A stretch of DNA of 62,992 nucleotides, counting the filler, from Candidatus Babelota bacterium (GTDB lineage Bacteria; JAGOBX01), in assembly GCA_017999075.1 (NCBI GenBank). It is 11 parts of 11 records of this genome, joined end to end, with 100 filler letters (N's around TTAATTAATTAA, not from the genome) between each part and the next. Parts side by side here need not be neighbours in the genome. Positions count along the whole stretch, not along the records: positions 26,495 to 39,565 come from JAGOBX010000049.1; positions 39,666 to 42,512 come from JAGOBX010000538.1; 9 more parts are not named here. One strand, given 5' to 3'. Of the stretch, positions 31,235 to 40,155 are shown piece by piece. Position numbers and translations under genes: made by a program. The notes below the pieces were generated by a model. It was not told the origin of the DNA, made no database searches, and saw nothing but the letters and a program-made list of their open reading frames with translations. How positions within the stretch are numbered: the stretch's first letter is position 1; the number at the start of each line of letters is the position of its first letter.

Positions 31235-31292
31235 AAAAATACCCGTGACTTTGTAAAAAATCTGTTTATTACAAAGTCACGGGTATTTTTTT
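31233..31292. terminator. bidirectional intrinsic terminator with a 24-bp perfect stem
   Basis: aaaaaaatacccgtgactttgtaa-N12-ttacaaagtcacgggtattttttt between convergent stop codons. Confidence 0.9.
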
Positions 31293-31989
31293 ATTTTTTT
31301 TCAGTCAGTATTTCCAAAATTTCTTCAGGAGTCAATGTTTGACTTACTTTTGATAATTCTTTTTTTAATTTTGAGACAATAAGTATGTCTGTCAAATGTT
31401 TTTCAGGAATATCTATGTAAGGTTTTAGAATATCCAGTAATTTTCTGATTACAGAAATTTCTCTATATTTATAATCCGGTTTTCGTATTTCAAATGAGTT
31501 GTTTCTCAATAGTACCGGATGTAAAATATCACAAAATTCTTGCTTTAAATCTTTTGAAATACACAGAGATATTTCAGGTGGAACATAATCAAACTGAATA
31601 GCACAAAACACGTCATATCCTGAAGTTTTAGGTTTTCCTGATCTAAGTATAGTTCCGCATATTCTGTTAGATTTAATGTCAATATCGTCATAATCGAATT
31701 CCAAGGTTATTTCTTTGCCTACAATATGCGGAATTAAATCTTCACAAACAGATTTTAATTCGTTAGGCAAAATAAAAATTGCTCCGCATCCTTGCAGATT
31801 ATAACCTTGTGTAATTCCTTTAATAGTGATACTTTCAGTTTCACCTGAATTCCATTGAACCATAAAGTTTAAATTTATACTTCTGTTTTTATTTAATACA
31901 CGCCTTCTAGGTTGATTGAAATTATTTCCGGCGATTTGTTTTTCAACAGCATTACTTAACATTTTAAATTCTCTCCTTGGTTTACCCAA
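31291..31989 (-). CDS. PilZ-like domain protein (degenerate motifs)
   Basis: N-terminal QPRRR, 'GITQGYNLQGCGAI', 'ICGTILR', 'CAIQF' strand pattern; start codon uncertain. Confidence 0.5.
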   Translation of the reverse strand: MGKPRREFKMLSNAVEKQIAGNNFNQPRRRVLNKNRSINLNFMVQWNSGETESITIKGITQGYNLQGCGAIFILPNELKSVCEDLIPHIVGKEITLEFDYDDIDIKSNRICGTILRSGKPKTSGYDVFCAIQFDYVPPEISLCISKDLKQEFCDILHPVLLRNNSFEIRKPDYKYREISVIRKLLDILKPYIDIPEKHLTDILIVSKLKKELSKVSQTLTPEEILEILTEKK

Positions 31990-32040
31990 AAAATAAAATC
32001 GGGTTAGTTTAGATATAAAATAAAAAAAAACAAGTGTTTT

Positions 32041-33678
32041 TTATTTCTTTTTTTCTCTTGCTTTGGTTATGGTGATTTTTTTTCCGTCTTTTGGTTTTTT
32101 AAACAGTGAAAGAAGTTTTTCGCCTGTTTCAAAAGGAACTGTTGCGAAAGAAAATTCGTTCATAACCGCAATGTCATCAATTTGATTATCTTTGATTTTA
32201 TCGTTATCTCGGATAAATTGAGAAATTTTTTTAGGATTATATCCGTCTCGTTTTCCAAGACTTAAATATAATCTCATACGGTCGCCTTTATCTAAAGCAT
32301 TACCGGAAAAACCTTTTGAAAAAGATTCTTTTTCTTTTGAAAAGAATTCCTGTATTTGATTATATTTTTTTTCGTCAATTTCATTTTCAAACAAAATTTT
32401 TATCATAGCAGCCACTATTTTTTCAGGGTCGCTTTCTTTTATAAGAGTTTTAGAAATTTTAAGATATTTATGATCAATATTTTCAGAAATGCAACTTTTG
32501 ATTTTTTCAATAATTCTGTTGCTTTTTGAATTTATTATTTCTTTAATTTCCGGCAATTTTTTTTTAACAATTACAGTTTTTGCAATCCTTTGAATAAAAG
32601 CGAATTTTCTGAATTCTGACGGCGGCACAAATGTAACTGCAATCCCTTTTTTTCCTGCCCTGCCTGTCCTGCCTATGCGGTGAATGTAAGATTCCGGATC
32701 CTGCGGCAGAGAATAGTTGATTACATGACTGAGTTCGTATATATCCAGCCCGCGTGCAGCTACGTCAGTTGCTACAAGGATATTGAACCTGTGAGTTTTA
32801 AATCCATTTAATACTTTATTTCTCTGAAATTGAGTTATATCGCCATGAAGAGCTTCGGCAGAATAACCTCTTCTGAACAGTTTTCCTGATAATTCATCCA
32901 CTTCAACTTTTGTTTTACAGAAAATTAAACCGTAAAATTCAGGTTCAATATCAATAATACGGCATAATGCTTCGAACCTGTCTTTTGAACTGATTTCATA
33001 ATAAATTTGTTCAGTTAAATCAGTAGTTGGTTGTTCTTGCTTAATAGCAGCCATTTTTGTTTCACGCATATATTTTTTAGCAAGCTGTCTTATTTTATCA
33101 GGCATTGTAGCTGAAAAAAGAGCTGTGCGTTTTTCAGGATTTACAGATTTCATTATTTTTTCCATATCATCAATAAATCCCATATTGAGCATTTCATCAG
33201 CTTCATCAAGAACTAAAAATGAAACTTTATTTAAAACCAGTGATTTGCGTTTTATATGGTCAATTATTCTTCCTGGAGTTCCGACAACTATATCAACCCC
33301 TCTTTTTAACAAATCAAGCTGTGTTTTCATTGATTGCCCGCCGAATATAGGGATTATATGCAATTTACGTTTACCTTTAAGAGAATTTATTTCGTCAGAA
33401 ACCTGAAGAGCAAGTTCGCGTGTCGGTGTTAATATAATAGCTTGTACGAATTTAGCATTTTCCTGCATTTGTTCGATTATAGGTAATGCAAATGCGGCTG
33501 TTTTTCCTGTGCCGGTTTGAGCCTGTCCTATAATGTCAAATTCATTTTTTAGCATTAATGGTATTATTTCGGATTGAATGGGAGTTGGTTTTTCAAATCC
33601 TTTTGATATTAAAGCTTCAATTGATTGAGCGTTTAATCCTAATTTTGTAAAATCATTTGTTGAATTCATTTTAATCAC
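32041..33678 (-). CDS. DEAD-box RNA helicase with DbpA-type RNA-binding domain
   Basis: AQTGTGKT, PTRELA, DEADEM, SAT, HRIGRTGRAG; C-terminal RLYLSLGKRDG. Confidence 0.95.
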   Translation of the reverse strand: MIKMNSTNDFTKLGLNAQSIEALISKGFEKPTPIQSEIIPLMLKNEFDIIGQAQTGTGKTAAFALPIIEQMQENAKFVQAIILTPTRELALQVSDEINSLKGKRKLHIIPIFGGQSMKTQLDLLKRGVDIVVGTPGRIIDHIKRKSLVLNKVSFLVLDEADEMLNMGFIDDMEKIMKSVNPEKRTALFSATMPDKIRQLAKKYMRETKMAAIKQEQPTTDLTEQIYYEISSKDRFEALCRIIDIEPEFYGLIFCKTKVEVDELSGKLFRRGYSAEALHGDITQFQRNKVLNGFKTHRFNILVATDVAARGLDIYELSHVINYSLPQDPESYIHRIGRTGRAGKKGIAVTFVPPSEFRKFAFIQRIAKTVIVKKKLPEIKEIINSKSNRIIEKIKSCISENIDHKYLKISKTLIKESDPEKIVAAMIKILFENEIDEKKYNQIQEFFSKEKESFSKGFSGNALDKGDRMRLYLSLGKRDGYNPKKISQFIRDNDKIKDNQIDDIAVMNEFSFATVPFETGEKLLSLFKKPKDGKKITITKAREKKK

Positions 33679-33870
33679 TTCTCTTTATATAATATTGAAA
33701 TAATTTCCGATTGGAATTCTTATATTAGATTCTTATAACCAACTGATTTATAAAAACGCAATGCGGTTTTAATGTGAATTTGAAATTATAATAAATATTA
33801 ATTTAGTATAATTTTCGATTGGTAAAGCTTTTTATAGGAAAATCAAATCGTTTTCATTTTATAAAAAAAT

Positions 33871-33899
33871 ATTATACAAGAATTTTTGAATATTGTCAA
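33871..33899 (-). promoter_or_regulatory. consensus promoter TTGACA-N17-TATAAT for the DEAD-box helicase
   Basis: Perfect hexamers on the minus strand, about 190 nt upstream of the start. Confidence 0.75.
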
Positions 33900-34019
33900 T
33901 GTTTTTTTTATGCTATTTAAACTTTTAAAAATAATTAAGGTTAAAAATCTTGATTTTGTTTTTATAGAAATATAAAATTATTAAAGAGTTTAATAGTAAA
34001 ATTATATTCGTACAAAACA

Positions 34020-35705
34020 ATGGAAACAAAAAAAAGTGACGATATGAATATTACTGAATTTCTGAATATTGCTGAAATTCAGTTGATGATGGATGATTTT
34101 TATAAATTAACCAATATCGGTATTGGAATTATTGATTTGCAGGGGAACATATTGGTTTCAACAGGCTGGCAGGATATATGCACAAAGTTTCATCGGGTTC
34201 ATCCGGAAACCAGAAAAAATTGTATTGAAAGTGATGTTTATCTGAGTAAAAATGTAGAAAAAGGAGTATATTTGCAATATAAATGTAAAAATAATATGTG
34301 GGATATAGTTACTCCTATAATTATAAATGGAAAACATTTTTGTAATTTATTTCTTGGACAATTTTTTTTTGATGATGAAACACCTGATGTTGAAGCTTTT
34401 GCTGCGCAGGCTGATAAATACGGGTTTGATAAAACTAAATACATTGAAGCTCTTAATAAGGTGCCGCGATGGAGCAGGGATACTGTAAAAAACGTTATGA
34501 ATTTTTATTCTAAATTTGCAGTTTTTATTGCTGATTTAAGCTATAATAATTTAATGATTAAAGAAAGCGAAAGTAAATACAGGACACTATTAGAAAATTT
34601 ACCGCAAAAAATATTTTTAAAAGATGTAAATTCAGTATATATATCATGCAACAAAAATTATGCAAATGATTTAAATATAAAACCTGAAGAAATAGTTGGG
34701 AAAACTGATTATGATTTCTATCCTAAAGAATTTGCCGAAAAATATCGTAAAGATGATAAAAGATTAATTGAAACCGATACTGCTGAAGTTTTTGAAGAAG
34801 AATATATTCAAAATGACAAAAAGTTTTGGATAAATACTTTTAAAATACCTGTTAAAAATATCCATAATGAAATAACAGGGATATTAGGAATATTTCATGA
34901 TATAACAGAAAAAAAAGAATTAGAAAAACAATTGCTGCAATCAGAAAAATTATCTGCTGTCGGTAAATTAACGGCAGGCGTGGCTCATGAATTTAACAAT
35001 CTGATGGCTATAATACAAGTAAATAATGAAATAATAAATTATATTTCAAAAGAAAAAAATGATGAAGAACTTAAAAATTGCGCTAAAGTTATTTCTGAAA
35101 CAATACATAGAGGAAAATCTATTGTATTAAATATGATGACATTTGCAAAACCAAAAGAACCTGAAAAAAATTTTTATTATATACGGGATATTTTTAATGA
35201 AACAATTAAACTTCAGGAAAAAGAACTGGCTCTGGAAAATATTACGATAAATATGAAATTTAGCGGATTGCGAACAAAAATATTTGTTGATAAATCTCAA
35301 ATAGAACAAGTTTTTTTGAATATGATTATAAATGCGCGCCATGCAATTATTCCTAAAGGAAAAGGAACGATAGAAATTGAATCTGATATTGAAAATAAAT
35401 TTATAGTGTTTTATATTAAAGATAATGGCATCGGAATACCTAATGATAAAATTAAGAATATTTTCGAACCGTTTTTTACAACTAAAGGCGCGATGGCTAA
35501 AGATAGTCTGGGAATTAAGGGGACAGGCTTAGGATTAAGTGTTTCTTACACTATAATAAAAAATCATGGGGGAAATATAGAAGTTGAGAGTGAAGAAGGT
35601 AAGGGAACTGTTTTTAAAATTATTTTGCCTATAAAAGATACAAAAATTAAAGATGATGATTATATTGAAACAATGGAAGAACCGCTAAAAAATAGCTTGA
35701 GATAA
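34020..35705 (+). CDS. PocR-PAS sensor histidine kinase
   Basis: PocR-like (GWQDICTKFHR, YKCKNNMWD, LFLGQF), PAS (GKTDYDFYP), AHEFNN H-box, DNGIG, FEPFFTTK, GTGLGL. Confidence 0.92.
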   Translation: METKKSDDMNITEFLNIAEIQLMMDDFYKLTNIGIGIIDLQGNILVSTGWQDICTKFHRVHPETRKNCIESDVYLSKNVEKGVYLQYKCKNNMWDIVTPIIINGKHFCNLFLGQFFFDDETPDVEAFAAQADKYGFDKTKYIEALNKVPRWSRDTVKNVMNFYSKFAVFIADLSYNNLMIKESESKYRTLLENLPQKIFLKDVNSVYISCNKNYANDLNIKPEEIVGKTDYDFYPKEFAEKYRKDDKRLIETDTAEVFEEEYIQNDKKFWINTFKIPVKNIHNEITGILGIFHDITEKKELEKQLLQSEKLSAVGKLTAGVAHEFNNLMAIIQVNNEIINYISKEKNDEELKNCAKVISETIHRGKSIVLNMMTFAKPKEPEKNFYYIRDIFNETIKLQEKELALENITINMKFSGLRTKIFVDKSQIEQVFLNMIINARHAIIPKGKGTIEIESDIENKFIVFYIKDNGIGIPNDKIKNIFEPFFTTKGAMAKDSLGIKGTGLGLSVSYTIIKNHGGNIEVESEEGKGTVFKIILPIKDTKIKDDDYIETMEEPLKNSLR

Positions 35706-35747
35706 AAAAAATATTTCGTGTAGTTTGTCAATGAAAAAATTGAGTTT

Positions 35748-38714
35748 TTACCAGAAAAATTGATAGTTTATTTCAGGTAATTCGGAATTTTGTTCGAATT
35801 CAATTTTAATTACTACCATAACTTCCAAATCTACGGGCAAAATAAGGTTGGAAGCATTTAATAATCCTTCGAAAATTTGTTTCAATTTTTTGTTTTTTAA
35901 GACATCTCCGTCAGCATATTTTATTTTTTTTAATTTGCCGTTATTTTCAAAATATAGTTCTATATCTCCAAATAATTTTTGTGATTGCATTGATTGTTTG
36001 ATTTTTTCTTTATAACCAGGAAAAGTTTTTTTTAATTTTAAATTTAATGTGTCCTGAGATTTTTTTTCAATAAGTTTTAAATACTCAGGATTCATTTTAT
36101 ATTTTTTGTAAGTAAGGTTTAAATTTACATTAACTCTTCCTTCACCGCCAGCCTGCTGATTATCTACATTATCAGATAAATATTTGGAATTTGCATTTTT
36201 AAGTTTATATTTTGTTACATCAAGTTTATTAGCGTTTGCAGCAGCAGTTTTATTTTGAGTTTCACCATCAAAATTTTTACTGGTTTCAATTTTTGATTCT
36301 TTATTTGTTGAAGTATTTTTGGCAATAAATAATTTTGCCTGTTCTTGACCTCCTGAAGTTTTATAAGAAGGTATTTTAAATTCTGAGTTATTTTGAGTAT
36401 TTGAAGGTTGCTGAGCTGAAAGATTTGTATTGATAACGGTTTTTCCTCCTGATATTTTTTCGGCGGCAAGAGAATTTTTTTCTGATGAATAAATGTTTTT
36501 ATTAATCATAATAGCTGAACCTGTTTTTGATGACTTTTCTGATCTTGAAGAAGTTTTTTCCGTAACTGATGTTAAATTTTGAGATACTGATAATGAAGTA
36601 TTGGAAAATCCGGTTTTGTCTGCTTTTGCAACTGCTTTTTTTTGCGGTTCGAAAGATTTGCTTCCTGGTTTTTCCGGCATAGGAATACTTAAATCAATAG
36701 GAACATTATCTTTTGATTTTGAAGAAGAACTGAATGCCGCAGAATTGGTATTTGATTTAGAAGAAACGGTTTTAATTCCTGAGACATTCGAACCGGCAGT
36801 TGTAACTATTTTACTTTTTTTGGAATTAAAATCATTATAGGAATTTTCTGTATTGTAATTTTCCGGGAGTTTTGCAACTGTTATATTTTTTTTTTCTGAA
36901 AAATTCGTTGAACTTTTTGAGCTGCTTTTTAATTGTGAATATCTATGTCCTGATAATACTTCGTTTTTTTCAATTGAATATTTCATATTAGAATTTTGTG
37001 GCTTATTTGAATTGTTATCCTGATAATTTGTTTTAATTCCTGTTCCTTCATTTTTTTCGGATGCCTGCTGATTTTTATTGAATAAGTTTATTTGTTCGTC
37101 TTTTACATTATATTGTTTTAAGGAATAATCATTTTTAATGTTCTGGAAGTTAGTTTTTGAAATGGAATTGTTCGATGGCAATTTATCGGTTTTATTTCGG
37201 TCGCCAGAGACGTTTTTAATTTGAATATTATTGTAATTTGATTTGTCATCTGCATTTTTGGTTTCCTTTATAATTTGTGAAGTCCCTGTTTTATAATTGA
37301 ATTTTTGTTGTACTGATGAAACTGAAATCGGAGCATTTGCATCGTGGATATATTTTTTTGAATTCAAGGCATCGGCTCGTTCTTTATTTTCTACATTAAA
37401 ATTTTTCGAGAACCCGGCAGTTTTTAAATTTGAATTATCATGATTATTTTTTATTTCTTTCTGCTTGATATCAACTGAATATTTTTTTTTTGAGAAAGTA
37501 GAATTGTCAGGATATTTTATTTCTGATTGCCCCGATGATATTGAAAATGTATAATTTTTTTCGTTGTTTTCATACTGAGCTGATTGTTTATAATTTTTAT
37601 TTGTTTCAGATAAAAGTGCTGATTTAGAGGTTTGTATATTTTTGGCATTTTGCGGAGTGTATTCTGATGTTTGCGTTTTTTTCATGGAATTATATTCGAT
37701 AACATTATTTTTTGTTTTGCTGAACATAGAAACATTCACATTTGATGATTTTGAAGGTATCAGTTCTGATTTTTGCTTTGGAACATTGATTTCGCCGGCG
37801 ATGTGCCTTGAATAATTTTCAGAAGTTTTGTGTGAATATTCAGGAGTTGAACGGGTTATTGAAAATTTTTCATTTTGCTTTACATTCTGTTCTGATTCTT
37901 TAATTTTTGTTTCAGAAGAAAAGAATCCTTTTGATTTATCAGGGAAATTAACTTGTTTTGAATAAGACTGATATTGATCTTCTGATTTGTTTAACGAATT
38001 ATTTTTTTCTGAAGAAATTGTTTTTTTTTCAAATAAAGTAATGTCATTTTTTGTTGTCCTGCTGTTTAAAGATTTTTCTATTTCAATATTAGAATGTTTT
38101 TTTTCAATGTTTTCTGAAACGGCTGTTTTTTCAAGTTGTTTCTGCTGTAAATTTATACTTTCTTTTTTTTGAGAGATAGAAGATTCAAATATTTTTTTAC
38201 TGAAATTTTCAAATTTTGTTTTTTCTGCGGATATTTCTTTGTTTGTCTTGATTTCTATCTGCTGTTTTATAATTTCATTTTTTTCAATTTGGGGAGTTTC
38301 TGTTTTTTTAAACATTTCAATACTTTTAGTCTGCTCATAAGATTTAACCTGCTGAATAGGTACATCGGCGTATTTTTGGGATTTTGTTATTTTTTCTTCT
38401 GCAGGAGTTATTTCTTCTTTGATTTTTTTATCAATAGTTTTTTCTTGTTTTTTTTCGTCGATTTTGATTTTTATCTGCTCGTTTTTTTTTACCTGTTTTT
38501 TTAAAATTTCGGCAGGCCGTTTAACAATCTGTTCGTTTTCTTCTATAAGTTTGAACTTTAATTCGGTTTCTTCTTTTGTTTTATCAGGATCGCGCGACAA
38601 GTATATATTCCCCAAAAACAACAAGATTAAAATATGACATAGTATAGATAACCAGATAAATTTTTTGAGATTGAGTTGCTCCGAATCAATCTCTAATAGA
38701 TAATTTTTATTCAT
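35748..38714 (-). CDS. very long TonB/TolA-like protein
   Basis: N-terminal TM with SxxxH (SILCH), about 800-aa K/S/N/E low-complexity region, compact C-terminal domain; overlaps the exbD stop. Confidence 0.65.
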   Translation of the reverse strand: MNKNYLLEIDSEQLNLKKFIWLSILCHILILLFLGNIYLSRDPDKTKEETELKFKLIEENEQIVKRPAEILKKQVKKNEQIKIKIDEKKQEKTIDKKIKEEITPAEEKITKSQKYADVPIQQVKSYEQTKSIEMFKKTETPQIEKNEIIKQQIEIKTNKEISAEKTKFENFSKKIFESSISQKKESINLQQKQLEKTAVSENIEKKHSNIEIEKSLNSRTTKNDITLFEKKTISSEKNNSLNKSEDQYQSYSKQVNFPDKSKGFFSSETKIKESEQNVKQNEKFSITRSTPEYSHKTSENYSRHIAGEINVPKQKSELIPSKSSNVNVSMFSKTKNNVIEYNSMKKTQTSEYTPQNAKNIQTSKSALLSETNKNYKQSAQYENNEKNYTFSISSGQSEIKYPDNSTFSKKKYSVDIKQKEIKNNHDNSNLKTAGFSKNFNVENKERADALNSKKYIHDANAPISVSSVQQKFNYKTGTSQIIKETKNADDKSNYNNIQIKNVSGDRNKTDKLPSNNSISKTNFQNIKNDYSLKQYNVKDEQINLFNKNQQASEKNEGTGIKTNYQDNNSNKPQNSNMKYSIEKNEVLSGHRYSQLKSSSKSSTNFSEKKNITVAKLPENYNTENSYNDFNSKKSKIVTTAGSNVSGIKTVSSKSNTNSAAFSSSSKSKDNVPIDLSIPMPEKPGSKSFEPQKKAVAKADKTGFSNTSLSVSQNLTSVTEKTSSRSEKSSKTGSAIMINKNIYSSEKNSLAAEKISGGKTVINTNLSAQQPSNTQNNSEFKIPSYKTSGGQEQAKLFIAKNTSTNKESKIETSKNFDGETQNKTAAANANKLDVTKYKLKNANSKYLSDNVDNQQAGGEGRVNVNLNLTYKKYKMNPEYLKLIEKKSQDTLNLKLKKTFPGYKEKIKQSMQSQKLFGDIELYFENNGKLKKIKYADGDVLKNKKLKQIFEGLLNASNLILPVDLEVMVVIKIEFEQNSELPEINYQFFW

Positions 38715-39132
38715 AATTTATTTTATCTGTTTTTTTAGCGGCAAATGAAATATCCTGCACCCCAGATTCTTTTGCAATATCAATAACCTGTATTATAATT
38801 TCGTAATTTACTTTTTTATCCGCTTTGACTGTTATTTGAGGTTTTCCTCCGTTTTCTATGTTGGAAAAAATTTTATTTTTTAACCCGGTTTTATCTACCT
38901 TGTCATTGTTGAAATAAATTATGTTGTTTTCGTCAACATAAACCGTCATTTCATGCTGCTGAACAGTTTTTGAATTTTTTGCTTCAGGCATTTTAACCCG
39001 CATGCCGGGATGCACTACAAGAGTAGATGAAACCATAAAAAATATTACAAGTATAAACATTACATCTATCAGTGAAGTAATATTAAGATCCTTCATTGAT
39101 TTAAGTTTTGTCGTATGCCTTAAACGTCTCAT
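38707..39132 (-). CDS. exbD: biopolymer transport protein ExbD/TolR
   Basis: LNITSLIDVMFILVIFFMV, VKADKKVNY. Confidence 0.92.
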   Translation of the reverse strand: MRRLRHTTKLKSMKDLNITSLIDVMFILVIFFMVSSTLVVHPGMRVKMPEAKNSKTVQQHEMTVYVDENNIIYFNNDKVDKTGLKNKIFSNIENGGKPQITVKADKKVNYEIIIQVIDIAKESGVQDISFAAKKTDKINYE

Positions 39133-39153
39133 TTTATTCTCCTGAATCAGAAA

Positions 39154-39565
39154 CTATTTATCGGATTTCGCACAGATATAATTTATTAGCTTGGTTGTTA
39201 TTTGTTCCATGTCCCAGTTTATGCTTTCAATACGTATCATAAAATAATTGTAAGCCGCTATTGCAGGAATGCCTACTATTAAACCGGCGGCTGTAGTGTA
39301 TAGCGCTTCTGCAATTCCGTTTGCTAACTGAGCAGGATTACTTAAACTAATATTGGATATTACAAAAAAAGCTTTTATCATTCCGGTAACTGTTCCTAAA
39401 AGACCAAGTAATGGCTCGATTGTTGCAATAATGCCTAAAAATCCGATATGACGTTCCAGTTTTGGAATCTCGGAAATTATTATTTCATCTGCTACAATTT
39501 CAAGTTTATCGCGGGTATTATCGTAATTTTCAAGGATTGCCGCTGCAATGCGGGATATAGAAGTT
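39154..39565 (-). CDS. exbB: MotA/TolQ/ExbB proton channel, 5' end missing
   Basis: Frame is open to the contig end: LERHIGFLGIIATIEPLLGLLGTVTGMIKAF..GIAEALYTTAAGLIVGIPA. Confidence 0.9.
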
Positions 39566-39665
39566 NNNNNNNNNNNNNNNNNNNNNNNNNNNNNNNNNNN
39601 NNNNNNNNNTTAATTAATTAANNNNNNNNNNNNNNNNNNNNNNNNNNNNNNNNNNNNNNNNNNNN

Positions 39666-40054
39666 ACCTTATATAAAACATCAGGATTCATGCCGTTTGT
39701 ATCAAGTTTGACAAAATATCCAAGCTGTTTTAAATATTTTATAAATGATTTAAGTCCAGGATGAATAGTTGGTTCGCCGCCGCATATCACAACTGCATCA
39801 TTAAATTTTCTTCTGATTTTCAAATTATCCATTATGTATTCGTGGGGTATGGAGATTTTATTTGTTAATAAAAATTTATTATGGCAGTATTCACATTTAA
39901 AATTGCATCCGTTTGTAAATAAAACTATAGAAATATGGCCGGGATAATCAATAAATGAATTCCATTCTATTCCGCCGAAACTTATATCTGAAAATATACA
40001 TTCATTATTATTATAGGTAGGAAGGGTATTATTGCATGTTTCGTTTTGTTTCAA
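39666..40054 (-). CDS. nrdG: anaerobic RNR activating enzyme, 3' end missing
   Basis: SFIDYPG, GCNFKCEYCHN, GGEPT, VKLDTNG; downstream of nrdD. Confidence 0.9.
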
Positions 40055-40096
40055 AGTATCCTCAAAAAACTATAAATTTTAAGTTGCTTAAAATTT

Positions 40097-40122
40097 AAGG
40101 GATTCACTAAAATGAATCCCTT
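40097..40122 (-). terminator. hairpin between nrdD and nrdG (terminator or mRNA stabiliser)
   Basis: aagggattca-N6-tgaatccctt; weak U-tract. Confidence 0.5.
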
Positions 40123-40155
40123 GAAACTTTTTTATTTATTCAACAAAACGACAGA

